From: a virus
Taxonomy: Duplodnaviria; Caudoviricetes
DNA: 64,000 nucleotides
Virus record (IMG/VR): IMGVR_UViG_3300027852_000032
Coordinates: 1-64,000 of that record
Strand: one strand, 5' to 3'
Under the pieces are notes generated by a model. That model worked only from the letters and a program-made list of their open reading frames with translations. It made no database searches and was not told the origin of the DNA. This document shows, one piece after another, positions 30,211-39,265 of the stretch. Numbering within the stretch: the first letter of the stretch is position 1; every line of letters begins with the position of its first letter. Both the position numbers and the translations under genes were made by a program.

Positions 30211-30570
30211 TTAACAACCCTTTTGGGGAGGTAGGAAGGTCATAGCCACGTCATAGTCATGGCTATTAACAGCCGTTAGACCATTCCTTGCACAGAATTC
30301 GCAATAGTCTGTATAAAGTTTGGAATAATTGAATCTATCAATGAAGGATAGATAAATCCAGCAGGATTCCACCTTCAAAGAATCCTGAATCTTTTCAGAT
30401 GCTTGCGCAGCCTTACGAGATAGATTGAAGAATGTCTCTGCATCAGACGCTTGAGTACAGGCCAGAGATTTTCTACAAAACTCCAATTCCATGGATTTTA
30501 GCTCAATTATAATGCTCGCCGGTTCGAGCCTATTTTCGGTGTAAGTTATTGATTTTGCTGTCTTTTCCAT
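30211..30570 (-). CDS. Hypothetical protein, opposite to the early arm
   Basis: 119-aa ORF with ATG; no recognisable motif. Confidence 0.45.
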   Translation of the reverse strand: MEKTAKSITYTENRLEPASIIIELKSMELEFCRKSLACTQASDAETFFNLSRKAAQASEKIQDSLKVESCWIYLSFIDRFNYSKLYTDYCEFCARNGLTAVNSHDYDVAMTFLPPQKGC

Positions 30571-30589
30571 CTTTTTATAAGGTCCCTTA

Positions 30590-30850
30590 TTTTCTACATT
30601 TTCTACTTTTTTTGATCTTAATAAATAAAGTAGAAAGAGTAATAAGTAAGTAATATAAAGGGGTTATGGCGATTTTTACTGGAATTTTCTACATTCTACA
30701 ATATTTTTTATGTTTAGAACCTGAGAATTTTTTTTTTTTTTTTATTGAAATAATTCTAAACTGAAAATTTTGTAGAAAATTAAGAAAATTAGCAAAGCCC
30801 CGTCCAGTAAGGGTTTGCCAGTTCCGCTTTTCTACAACTTGTAGAATAAT
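30590..30850. other. AT-rich origin-like tract
   Basis: Eight TTCTAC/GTAGAA copies in both orientations and a T16 run (30728-30743), non-coding. Confidence 0.45.
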
Positions 30851-31032
30851 TCCTGTTTATAATCAAGCCAGGCATCAAAGCGATAGGCATCTTGATGTTT
30901 TCCTGACCAGTCGTTAGGTAAATTCTAACGCTTGTTAAGTGAAAAAAACCGGTTCAAAATCGAAATCGAACTCAAATTGAACTCAATTTCGGGTTGAAAT
31001 CGATTTAAAATAACAGATTGAACCCAATAATA

Positions 31033-31108
31033 CAGTAACAGTTACTGCAAATCAAGAAAAAAATACAGTAACAGTTACTGCAAGGTAAGAAAACAGTGAC
31101 AGTTACTG
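31033..31108. promoter_or_regulatory. Three CAGTRAC-A-GTTACTG palindromes upstream of cca
   Basis: Copies at 31033, 31066 and 31094. Confidence 0.7.
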
Positions 31109-31154
31109 TAAATACAATAGGTTAAGCACCACTTACTGTATAAGGAGAACAAAA

Positions 31155-32627
31155 ATGGAAACCAATTTAAATCGAAATCGAGATTTCAAGTCCGAGAGAG
31201 ACTTTGCCGAGTTCATAAAGGAGCTCGGCGGCGATGCTTATTTAGTAGGCGGAGCGGTAAGGGATCAGTTCTTAAGCTCCTGTGTCCCTGCCACCGAAAG
31301 GGATAGGGACTATATGGTAACAGGGATTGCCCCATGTGCTATCCCTTTCGAAAAGATTGTGGGAACTTCGTTTCCCGTGTACATAGTCAATATCGAAAAT
31401 ACGGCATGTGAGGTCGCCCTGGCGAGGACCGAGAGGAAAATCAATACCAATGCAGCCGTTACGACTAAAAACGCTCATACGGCGTTCACAGTGACCTCTA
31501 ACCCCCACATCACAGTAAAGGAAGATCTTAAGCGCCGTGACCTGTCTATGAATGCAATGGCGATACATATCCTGTCCCAGGTCCTGGTGGACCCTTATAA
31601 TGGCAGGCAGGACATTAAAAATAGACTGCTGCGGCATACATCACTCGCTTTCACGGAAGATCCCCTGCGAATTTTCCGCGTAGCGCGTTTCGCATCACAA
31701 TTTAATTTCCGAGTTGCAGAGGAAACAGAGGATTTAATGAATTCGATTTCGAGTTCTAATTCGTTAAACACTTTGAATCCACTGCAACACGGCGATCTGA
31801 ACTATATACCAGGAGAGCGAGTTTGGAAGGAAACTGAAAAAGCTCTTGCTTCAAGGTATCCACACAGGTTTTTTGAAGTATTGAAAGAAATTGATGCCCT
31901 TTCCGATTTCTTTCCGGAAATACTTGCCCTGGACGTGCCGGATAAACATGATGGAACGGCATTTAAACATACAATGCGCTTAATGAAAGGAGCAGCGACG
32001 ATATCGGCGACAATATCAACGACATCAACCACACAAACATCAATAAGCGCAGTGGAGCAGTTCTCGTTGCTCACGCATGACCTTGGCAAGGCGCTTACAC
32101 CTCCGAGCAAGCATCCGTCCCACCACGGACATGATAAGCTTGCCCATGCCCCTATCACTAACCTATGCAAGAGATTGAAAGTTCCGAATAAATACAGAGA
32201 TCCTGCCCTCACATTCGCAGCGGAACATATGCGGGCGAAGGTCGCTACCGAGATGCGGGACGGAAAGTTCTTGAGATGGGTCTTGAATTTGAGTTCAAAT
32301 TCAAATAAAAATGAAAATCCAAATGAAAATCGGAACCCGGATTCGGATATCGTTATGATCTTAAAATTATCATACCTGGATTCGGCATTAAAGGATAATT
32401 GCGATTTTCTCAAAAACCGAAAGCATTTCCGAACGCTTGCTGTTTTAATAGATCTTGCTCTGCATGCGATAAATAGCGTTCATGCAAGGGATTTATTGAA
32501 GGAAAAAAAAGGGGAGGGAAAGAAGTACTCTCCTGGACCTAAGTTGGGCGAGGCGTTATTCCAGCGAAGAGTTAGTGAATACCGCCAACTTAAGAGGGTA
32601 AACAAGGAGATTTTAGACGCATGGTAA
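31155..32627 (+). CDS. cca: Multifunctional CCA tRNA nucleotidyltransferase with HD domain
   Basis: VGGAVRD, DRDY, ALARTERK, EDLKRRDLSMNAMA, EDPLRIFRVARF, ERVWKE, THDLGK. Confidence 0.92.
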   Translation: METNLNRNRDFKSERDFAEFIKELGGDAYLVGGAVRDQFLSSCVPATERDRDYMVTGIAPCAIPFEKIVGTSFPVYIVNIENTACEVALARTERKINTNAAVTTKNAHTAFTVTSNPHITVKEDLKRRDLSMNAMAIHILSQVLVDPYNGRQDIKNRLLRHTSLAFTEDPLRIFRVARFASQFNFRVAEETEDLMNSISSSNSLNTLNPLQHGDLNYIPGERVWKETEKALASRYPHRFFEVLKEIDALSDFFPEILALDVPDKHDGTAFKHTMRLMKGAATISATISTTSTTQTSISAVEQFSLLTHDLGKALTPPSKHPSHHGHDKLAHAPITNLCKRLKVPNKYRDPALTFAAEHMRAKVATEMRDGKFLRWVLNLSSNSNKNENPNENRNPDSDIVMILKLSYLDSALKDNCDFLKNRKHFRTLAVLIDLALHAINSVHARDLLKEKKGEGKKYSPGPKLGEALFQRRVSEYRQLKRVNKEILDAW

Positions 32628-32725
32628 CGATACCTTACTCGAGGACATGGAGTTCTGATTATAGGGGATAACCCTGTAATTCAGGAAACAAAAACGAAAA
32701 CAAAAAAGAAAAGGAAAAGAAAATC

Positions 32726-33208
32726 ATGAACAAAGATAAGCAGACAGGGATAGCATATGGGGTAATCCCGGTAAACATGGTGAACCCTGACGCACTCGAC
32801 TCTATAAACAGTATGAGCGATTATAAGGTAGAAATCCATGATGATTGGATCTTCGTTGTACAATCGCCGAGGATAACAATAGTTTATCCCTGTTCCCCAT
32901 GCGCTCCTGGAGCAGGAGACCTCACCAATCCAGACTGCGACTATGACTACGATGACGCAGAAAAAAATAATGGCAATGGCAATGGCAATGGCAATGGCAA
33001 TGGCAATGGCAATGGCAATGGCAATGGCAATGGCAATGGCAATGGCAATGGCAATGGCAATGGCAATGGCAATGGCAATGGCAATGGCAATGGCAATAAC
33101 CCAGGCATAGTAGCTTATTGCTTAGGGGGGGAGTTCTTCGATTCTGATTTCCCTATACCTTATAGCTACCTTAATCACAGTAGAAAAAATCTTAACGTAA
33201 GAGGATAA
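32726..33208 (+). CDS. Hypothetical protein with (Asn-Gly)21 insertion
   Basis: TGIAYGVI and CSPCAPGAGDL motifs either side of the linker. Confidence 0.75.
   Translation: MNKDKQTGIAYGVIPVNMVNPDALDSINSMSDYKVEIHDDWIFVVQSPRITIVYPCSPCAPGAGDLTNPDCDYDYDDAEKNNGNGNGNGNGNGNGNGNGNGNGNGNGNGNGNGNGNGNGNGNGNNPGIVAYCLGGEFFDSDFPIPYSYLNHSRKNLNVRG
32969..33094 (+). repeat. (AATGGC)21 perfect microsatellite
   Basis: 126 bp, in frame. Confidence 0.97.
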
Positions 33209-33227
33209 AAAACAAAAGAGGAAGAAT

Positions 33228-33730
33228 GTGGAAAAATTAAAACATGAAAGGCTTCAGGAGCTTTTAGATTATAACCCCCATTCGGGAACCTTTACACGGA
33301 AGGGGAGGAGTTCCGATAAGTATAGCGGAACAATCGCAGGGCAGCTTCATTTGGATGGCTACATTTATATTAGAATTGACGGGAAATATTATTTTGCTCA
33401 CGAATTAGCATGGTTCTATGCTCATGGGTATTTTCCTGAAAATCAGATCAAACATATAAATCGAATCCGGGACGATAATAGGTTAATAAACTTACGTGAA
33501 GCTACACGAGTTTGCAATCTACAGAATCAAAAAATCCGCATAAGTAACAACGCCGGCATAACAGGTGTTAGCTGGCACAAAAAAATAATAAGAATGTTTA
33601 TCTCGGCTCTTTCAGCAATCTATTAGCAATCTATTAGCAATCTATTAGCAATCTATTAGCAATCTATTAGCAATCTATTAGCAATCTATTAGCAATCTAT
33701 TAGATGCCGCAAAAGCCCGCTTTGATGATG
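33228..33730 (+). pseudogene. Disrupted HNH(-AP2-like) homing endonuclease
   Basis: Paralogue of 40874..41392; C-terminal YLGSFSNLL/DAAKARF is out of frame and split by an 11-bp array. Confidence 0.8.
33616..33703 (+). repeat. (CAATCTATTAG)8 perfect tandem repeat
   Basis: Eight exact 11-bp units. Confidence 0.97.
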
Positions 33731-33788
33731 ATTCCACTACACTTGTGTAGCAGAATCATCATCAAATTCATAAACCATAGTATAAATC

Positions 33789-34160
33789 ATGAAAAGGAGA
33801 ACAAAAACAATGTCTACACGTTGCCAAGTAATATTAAAGGATGAATACGGGGATTCACTTTGGTTTTACCGGCATTCAGATGGATACCCCGAGGGCGTCA
33901 TGCCTTCCCTGAACAGGTTCATGGATTTAGTGAAAAGCAACAAGATCCGTGGGAATGTAACCCAGGCAGCAGGATGGTTGGTACTGATAGGCGCGGAGGA
34001 ATACGAGGTATCTCTTGATAGCCACAGTGATTGGAAGTGCGGAGCGTATGAGCCCTGCCCTGATAAAGTCCCACACGGGGGCATTGAATATCTGTACATT
34101 CTCCACTTAGGAGAGCAAACCATAACCACGAGGAAGATCGATTATGAAGATAAATTCTAA
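33789..34160 (+). CDS. Conserved-type phage early protein
   Basis: MSTRC...YRHSDGYPEG motif seen in many small phage proteins. Confidence 0.65.
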   Translation: MKRRTKTMSTRCQVILKDEYGDSLWFYRHSDGYPEGVMPSLNRFMDLVKSNKIRGNVTQAAGWLVLIGAEEYEVSLDSHSDWKCGAYEPCPDKVPHGGIEYLYILHLGEQTITTRKIDYEDKF

Positions 34161-34842
34161 AAACAGAAATGTAACAATAGAAAAGAAAAATGCCTGTATT
34201 CTGTTCGAGGACATGAAGTTCCTGATTATAGGGGATAACCCTGTAATTCAGGTGTCGAAAACTTACATGGACGTTAACTTTAAGGAGAGGAGCCATAGGA
34301 TTCTTAACAAAAACAAAATCCCACCCGGGTTTTATACTGTGGAAAAAAACCATAAATATAAAATCACAATCAAAAAATTAGAAAAGGAATCCCAAGATGC
34401 ATCTGCATCTACATCTCGATATACATCTCGATATACACTGAACCACTTTCGCCACTCACAAAGGTGTTTAATACCTTCGATAGGTTCCCCCTTAAAAAAC
34501 AAGTTGCCAGAGGGATTCGAGGAGTTATCGCAGCCATACCCAACACACAACGAAGGTAAAGGTAAAAATAAAAACTTCGGCCAGTGCCTTTCATTGTGTT
34601 TTCATCAAATCACTCAAGAGTCACAAAACTACGGTTTCTTGATCGATATGGAATTCCTGAAGAATGTAATAGAGGTTCCCTTAAATTTTGGGAGTTCCAC
34701 AGAATCCACAGAATCCACAGAACCGGCCTGGACATTTCAATTTATACTGCCAGGATTAAAAAAGGAGCTGCCGGTATTCTGCTTCGTGTCGAAGCATGAA
34801 ATCAGCTTTAGACTGGCATTAATATCGCCATTGAGAATTTGA
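34144..34842 (+). CDS. Hypothetical protein with low-complexity insertions
   Basis: 232-aa ORF in the operon; TSRYTSRY and STESTESTE stutters. Confidence 0.6.
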   Translation: MKINSKNRNVTIEKKNACILFEDMKFLIIGDNPVIQVSKTYMDVNFKERSHRILNKNKIPPGFYTVEKNHKYKITIKKLEKESQDASASTSRYTSRYTLNHFRHSQRCLIPSIGSPLKNKLPEGFEELSQPYPTHNEGKGKNKNFGQCLSLCFHQITQESQNYGFLIDMEFLKNVIEVPLNFGSSTESTESTEPAWTFQFILPGLKKELPVFCFVSKHEISFRLALISPLRI

Positions 34843-34880
34843 ATTCAAATCTAAATTCAAATTTAAAAGGAGTAACAATA

Positions 34881-35471
34881 ATGCGAACGATAACAAAGCG
34901 TATATACGGGTTAGAGGAACTGTCTCCTAACTCCAGAGCAAGAGCTATTGAGGACTTTCGTGCCGATCCTGATTCCAATCTAATGGATTGGAACTGGCAC
35001 GAAGATACCATAGACGACACCAGAAGAGTAGCTTCTATGCTTGGGATCGAGATCGATCATGTTTATTTTTCCGGTTTCGGCAGCCAGGGTGATGGAGCTT
35101 GCTTTACCGGTACCTATGATCATCACGAAAGTTCATCAGTCAAGGCTATAAAAAAATACGCTCCTCAGGATAAGGAACTGCACAACATAGCCAGGTCGTT
35201 GGACGAGAACATAACCTGCAGGAGTGCAGAGATCACGCGGTGGGGGAGGTACTATAACGCGTATTCAACGCATGTTGAGCCGTTGCCACCATTTGAGACA
35301 GGAGACGGCTCAGTGGAAGAACTGGCCAATACTCTGCGCCAATTCATGGATTGGATTTATAAGCGGTTAGAGGCGGAGTACGATTATTTACAATCGGACG
35401 AGGCTGTAATTGATGTCATAAAAGCTAACGGCTACGAGTTTTACGAAGGAGGAGAATTATTTCAAATATGA
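34881..35471 (+). CDS. Acidic early protein of a phage/plasmid family
   Basis: YFSGFGSQGDGACF and WIYKRLEAEYDY..SDE...ANGYEF; start after AAGGAG. Confidence 0.7.
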   Translation: MRTITKRIYGLEELSPNSRARAIEDFRADPDSNLMDWNWHEDTIDDTRRVASMLGIEIDHVYFSGFGSQGDGACFTGTYDHHESSSVKAIKKYAPQDKELHNIARSLDENITCRSAEITRWGRYYNAYSTHVEPLPPFETGDGSVEELANTLRQFMDWIYKRLEAEYDYLQSDEAVIDVIKANGYEFYEGGELFQI

Positions 35472-35773
35472 AAATATATCCAGAAGTAAAAATAACAAAC
35501 ATGTACTCGTATAAAGGAACTATGAATCGGGTTGCCAATCAGTTTATCGTTTCACTTCCTGATGACGGTGAGTATTTTCAGAGCTATAAGACAATAATAG
35601 CATATAAATCTTCTCCATATGGTCAGATTTATTTAGACGAGAAGCAATGGGATTGCTCTGTATCCACAGGCCGTTATAGGAATCAATACCTGGGGGAGGG
35701 GATAGCTGAAACAAGAAAGAAGATTGCTGATGGAACTTATAAATTAGAGAATCTAAATGAAAAGAAGGATTGA
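35468..35773 (+). CDS. Conserved-type phage early protein
   Basis: ANQF...YFQSY.TIIA...WD.S.ST.RYRNQYLGE. Confidence 0.65.
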   Translation: MKIYPEVKITNMYSYKGTMNRVANQFIVSLPDDGEYFQSYKTIIAYKSSPYGQIYLDEKQWDCSVSTGRYRNQYLGEGIAETRKKIADGTYKLENLNEKKD

Positions 35774-36408
35774 TAACAAATATGAAAATAAGACGAAAAG
35801 TAAGTATTTCAGAGGGCAATACGAAGATGGGGACGGTGCCGAGTATAAGCCTTTCTCCGGGACCCAGCCCCAGAGGCTCATGTAAACCGAGTATTCCCTG
35901 TTTTAGCCAATGTTACGCAGTTAGGACAAGCCACCGCCTGCCCGCTGTAAAAAGGGCTTGGGATAGGAACTTAAGGTTTTATAAAAGAGATCCTCTTGAT
36001 TTTTTCAAAAGGATAGGGGGGTATTTGGCCTACCACCAGCCTCCGTATTTCCGGTGGCATGTGGCCGGCGATATTCCTGACCAGGAATATCTGAATTATA
36101 TGATTAGACTCGCTTTGGAAAATAAAAAAACTGCGTTTATGTGCTTCACAAAACAGTTCGAGTTCGATTTTGATTACTCAGAAATAGAATCCGAATTCGA
36201 ACCTGTTTCGAATTTGAAAATTATTTTCAGTAGGTGGCCTGGGGATACAGTTCCTCCTGCGATCAACGATTTTTCTATGGCCTGGATGCAGGACGGAAGT
36301 GAGACAAGGATTCCAAGCAACGCTTTACAATGTGTAGGAAAATGTGACAGTTGTTTCCGTTGTTGGAGCTTGGCAAGGAACAGGCATGTATATTTCAACC
36401 TTCATTAA
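35770..36408 (+). CDS. Gp88-like Cys-rich (probable Fe-S) protein
   Basis: GNTKMG, SC....PC...CYA, FRWHVAGDI, C-terminal CVGKCDSCFRCW. Confidence 0.75.
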   Translation: MITNMKIRRKVSISEGNTKMGTVPSISLSPGPSPRGSCKPSIPCFSQCYAVRTSHRLPAVKRAWDRNLRFYKRDPLDFFKRIGGYLAYHQPPYFRWHVAGDIPDQEYLNYMIRLALENKKTAFMCFTKQFEFDFDYSEIESEFEPVSNLKIIFSRWPGDTVPPAINDFSMAWMQDGSETRIPSNALQCVGKCDSCFRCWSLARNRHVYFNLH

Positions 36409-36432
36409 GTAAAAATCAATAAGGAGATATCC

Positions 36433-36687
36433 ATGGAAGAGAAAAATTTATGCAGAAAGGTTAGAAAAGTAGACAACCCTTACGAAATCTGGCAGAGTAT
36501 CGATGATAACAAAACTTGGACTTGGAGAGTGCTTAAAAAATACCAAAAGCCAAGCCTTGAGGCTAAGAATCCGCATGCCCGATGGTTTTGTGCAGTATCG
36601 TCACCTTATACAGGTGCCGGATACGGATATGGTGACGTTTACGTTAATGAGATTAAATCCCAAGCAAAACAAGTTCAGGAGTACTAA
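36433..36687 (+). CDS. Hypothetical early protein
   Basis: AAGGAG RBS; Trp-rich 84 aa. Confidence 0.7.
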   Translation: MEEKNLCRKVRKVDNPYEIWQSIDDNKTWTWRVLKKYQKPSLEAKNPHARWFCAVSSPYTGAGYGYGDVYVNEIKSQAKQVQEY

Positions 36688-36692
36688 CAATC

Positions 36693-36941
36693 ATGATTGA
36701 ATGCATAGCGGCCTACAGGGCTCATGATGGGTCTTTGCACTATACTAAAGAAGAAGCCATCACAGCCAACACCGAGGCAATGGAAGCGAGATTGGACAAA
36801 TCCGTGAAACACGGATTAAAATTTTTTACAAGTCAGCATGCCCAGGTTATGAATTACTTAATTAACAACAGGAAGTTCTTGAGTAAACTGCTGGGGCTTG
36901 AAGATATTGATCCGAAACCATGTGATTTAAAAACGCAGTAA
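36693..36941 (+). CDS. Hypothetical early protein
   Basis: AGGAG RBS; stop lies within a palindrome. Confidence 0.65.
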   Translation: MIECIAAYRAHDGSLHYTKEEAITANTEAMEARLDKSVKHGLKFFTSQHAQVMNYLINNRKFLSKLLGLEDIDPKPCDLKTQ

Positions 36942-36960
36942 CTGTTACTGCGCTTTTAAA
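36926..36960. promoter_or_regulatory. Extended CAGTAAC-T-GTTACTG palindrome
   Basis: 17-bp arms, one mismatch. Confidence 0.7.
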
Positions 36961-37005
36961 TTAAACTAAATTAAATTAAACCAGCACAGGAAGAAAAGAA
37001 TAAAC

Positions 37006-37203
37006 ATGGAATTACGAAGTGATTTGTGGATACGAACGGGGGGAAGAGGCCGGAAGGAAGTTACCGAGGAGGCCAGCATAAGAATAGGCATGTTGAACCG
37101 TAAGGTAACTGAAATCTATTCTACTCAAAGCCAATTCAAGCATGGCGATTTCTGGCACAGTCATGTTTGGTATATGTATCAGGAAGTAAAAGGGGAGTCA
37201 TGA
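37006..37203 (+). CDS. Hypothetical early protein
   Basis: 65-aa ORF coupled to the next gene. Confidence 0.55.
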   Translation: MELRSDLWIRTGGRGRKEVTEEASIRIGMLNRKVTEIYSTQSQFKHGDFWHSHVWYMYQEVKGES

Positions 37204-37721
37204 TTAAGATAAATGTAAAAAACCGAATGTTCAGTGAATATAACTGGGTTACGAGTACGATTGGGAAAACAAATACAAAGGCTTTTCCCGATCTTCTGCA
37301 CGCAACAGAGGATTGCGTGTGGACTACCTCTTCATTACGCACGGTACTCCATAAGTTGAAAGGAAAGCAGGATTTGCTTCCTTGTGGGAGTTTCGAAATT
37401 GTTAAGAGGAGCAAATCAGGGTTGTGGCTTAACCCAGTCGAATCAACGGAATCAGCGCGACTGGTAAGTCCGATGTATGGGGAGTTGGACCAGAGTTATT
37501 CCCGATTAAGTTTAGTTGGGGATGTTCACTGGGTTGATTATTGCTATATCATAAAAACTGATCCTGGTGTTAGTAAAGCTTACAATACTGATATGTTCAA
37601 ACTGTCGCACCAAATGCCTGGGATCAGACTAACGGCTTGGATTTCACCGAGGCCAGGGTTGCCCTTGGTCTTGAGGAATGAGGGCTGCTGTGAAGCAATA
37701 ATAGCGGCCTATAGCCTATAA
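37200..37721 (+). CDS. Hypothetical protein
   Basis: Start at 37200 after GGGGAG. Confidence 0.6.
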   Translation: MIKINVKNRMFSEYNWVTSTIGKTNTKAFPDLLHATEDCVWTTSSLRTVLHKLKGKQDLLPCGSFEIVKRSKSGLWLNPVESTESARLVSPMYGELDQSYSRLSLVGDVHWVDYCYIIKTDPGVSKAYNTDMFKLSHQMPGIRLTAWISPRPGLPLVLRNEGCCEAIIAAYSL

Positions 37722-37725
37722 CCTG

Positions 37726-37746
37726 TTACAGTAACTGTTACTGTAA
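37726..37746. promoter_or_regulatory. TTACAGTAAC-T-GTTACTGTAA palindrome
   Basis: Perfect 10-bp arms just upstream of a GGAGG RBS. Confidence 0.7.
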
Positions 37747-37767
37747 ACTCTGCGGGAGGTAAACAAT

Positions 37768-38190
37768 ATGGAATATTTTGAGATAAGGTGGACGATTTCC
37801 AGGGGCAGGGATACAGAAGGGTTCAACATCTGCTCAATTTGGCAAAATGGAAAAAAAATAACATCTTGTAAAGGTGGAAATTACGACATGAAGGGGACAT
37901 GCTTCGGAAATTGGTTAGAAATCAAATATGCAGATCGCTTGAAGAGGCTTTATGCACCTTCTTTCTATGGGTTAACTTTCCTGAAAAAGAAAAAGGGAAA
38001 GAACGGTGGGTATGCTTTCCTAAAATGGTACAGACCCAACTGCATTATTTCTCTCGACGGAGCGTACGGTTGGGAAAGTATGAAGAAGATCGCGAAGGCG
38101 ATTAAACTGAACATTAGACAGACGCATGTCTCAACCAACTTGCGAGTTTATTTGGTTGAGGATAAAAAAAGAAGAAGCCCACAGGTATAA
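37768..38190 (+). CDS. Hypothetical early protein
   Basis: GGAGG RBS; SRGRDT.G.NIC...GG.YDM.GT motif. Confidence 0.7.
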   Translation: MEYFEIRWTISRGRDTEGFNICSIWQNGKKITSCKGGNYDMKGTCFGNWLEIKYADRLKRLYAPSFYGLTFLKKKKGKNGGYAFLKWYRPNCIISLDGAYGWESMKKIAKAIKLNIRQTHVSTNLRVYLVEDKKRRSPQV

Positions 38191-38244
38191 TCAATTACAA
38201 TAAATTACAATCAATTACAATAAATTAAAGGAGAATAATAAATC

Positions 38245-38601
38245 ATGTTAAAAAATATTTCTGTTTTCAAGGGTAATAAAAAGGATATTGAAGATTGGCC
38301 GACTGTATCCCCGAAAGGATTTATGAGGTGGTTTGAGGCTAAATTTAACCAGATCCCGGAGTGGTATGCACACATGGCAGTTGTGCAACTGTCAGTGGAA
38401 AAGAGGTATGGCGAAGATCACCCCGTGATCGACATCTGTTACCACAGGCCGGAGACCGAGGAGGAAATAAAAGAAAAGGTGTCCGGGCGGAAGGCTACGG
38501 AACAGCAGCAAAAAGAGAGGGATCTTGAACAACTGCAAGAGTTGATGGCGAAACACTATGGGCCTGATGCTCGTATTGTAAACAAATGGGAGGAAAAATA
38601 G
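38245..38601 (+). CDS. Hypothetical protein
   Basis: AAGGAG RBS; RPETEEE coiled-coil C-terminus. Confidence 0.7.
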   Translation: MLKNISVFKGNKKDIEDWPTVSPKGFMRWFEAKFNQIPEWYAHMAVVQLSVEKRYGEDHPVIDICYHRPETEEEIKEKVSGRKATEQQQKERDLEQLQELMAKHYGPDARIVNKWEEK

Positions 38602-38604
38602 AAG

Positions 38605-38820
38605 ATGATTTCTTGTGTTGAACAGCCCTGGGCAGCGATCCGGAAGAGCATAGAAACAGGGGAAGAGTTTATCGATATGACATTAGTAAACATGGACAAG
38701 GATATTATCTTAGACGAGGTATACGAGCTAAGATATTCCTCTGCATCATGGGATAGGGATAACCCAGTAGTAAGGGTTTCAAGGTGTGTTCTTACGGAAA
38801 CACCGGGGAGGGCTAAATGA
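38605..38820 (+). CDS. Tandem paralogue 1 of 3
   Basis: SC.E.PW.AIR...TGEEFIDM...WD.DNPV.RVS.CVLTE. Confidence 0.75.
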   Translation: MISCVEQPWAAIRKSIETGEEFIDMTLVNMDKDIILDEVYELRYSSASWDRDNPVVRVSRCVLTETPGRAK

Positions 38821-39041
38821 AAAAAAGTATTTCTTGCACTGAACGGCCTTGGGTAGCTATACGCCGCTGTAAAACAACGGGTATGGAATTCATTGATATG
38901 ACATTAATAGATAAAAACGCAGTGCTAATCTTTGACAAGATAGAGGAACGGAGGCTCGATTGCGAGGCATGGGATAAAGATAACCCTGTAATAAGGGTTT
39001 CAAGCTGCGTTCTTACAGAAAACCAGGGAGAAAATAAATAA
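38817..39041 (+). CDS. Tandem paralogue 2 of 3
   Basis: Same motif set. Confidence 0.75.
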   Translation: MKKSISCTERPWVAIRRCKTTGMEFIDMTLIDKNAVLIFDKIEERRLDCEAWDKDNPVIRVSSCVLTENQGENK

Positions 39042-39043
39042 AA

Positions 39044-39265
39044 ATGAAAAAAAGTATTTCTTGTACTGAACAGCTATGGGTAGCGATTCGCCTGCGCATG
39101 GCAACAGGGGAAGAATATATGGACATGGTTTCTGTGGACAAAGATAAAACTATGGTTTTGGAGAAGATAAAACAACACAATCCGCTTTTAATACAGTGGG
39201 ATAAAGATAACCCAGTAGTAAGGGTTTCAAGCTGCGTTCTTACGGAAACACCGGGGAGAAAATAA
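39044..39265 (+). CDS. Tandem paralogue 3 of 3
   Basis: Same motif set. Confidence 0.75.
   Translation: MKKSISCTEQLWVAIRLRMATGEEYMDMVSVDKDKTMVLEKIKQHNPLLIQWDKDNPVVRVSSCVLTETPGRK

Noticed and set aside
30826-30848. TTTTCTACAACTTGTAGAAT resembles a Cas12a repeat stem (possible RNA anti-CRISPR)
   Set aside because: It lacks the AATTTCTACT...GTAGAT consensus and is better explained as two of eight local TTCTAC iterons
32662-32680. TAGGGGATAACCCTGTAAT resembles the I-SceI site
   Set aside because: Several mismatches to TAGGGATAACAGGGTAAT; superficial similarity
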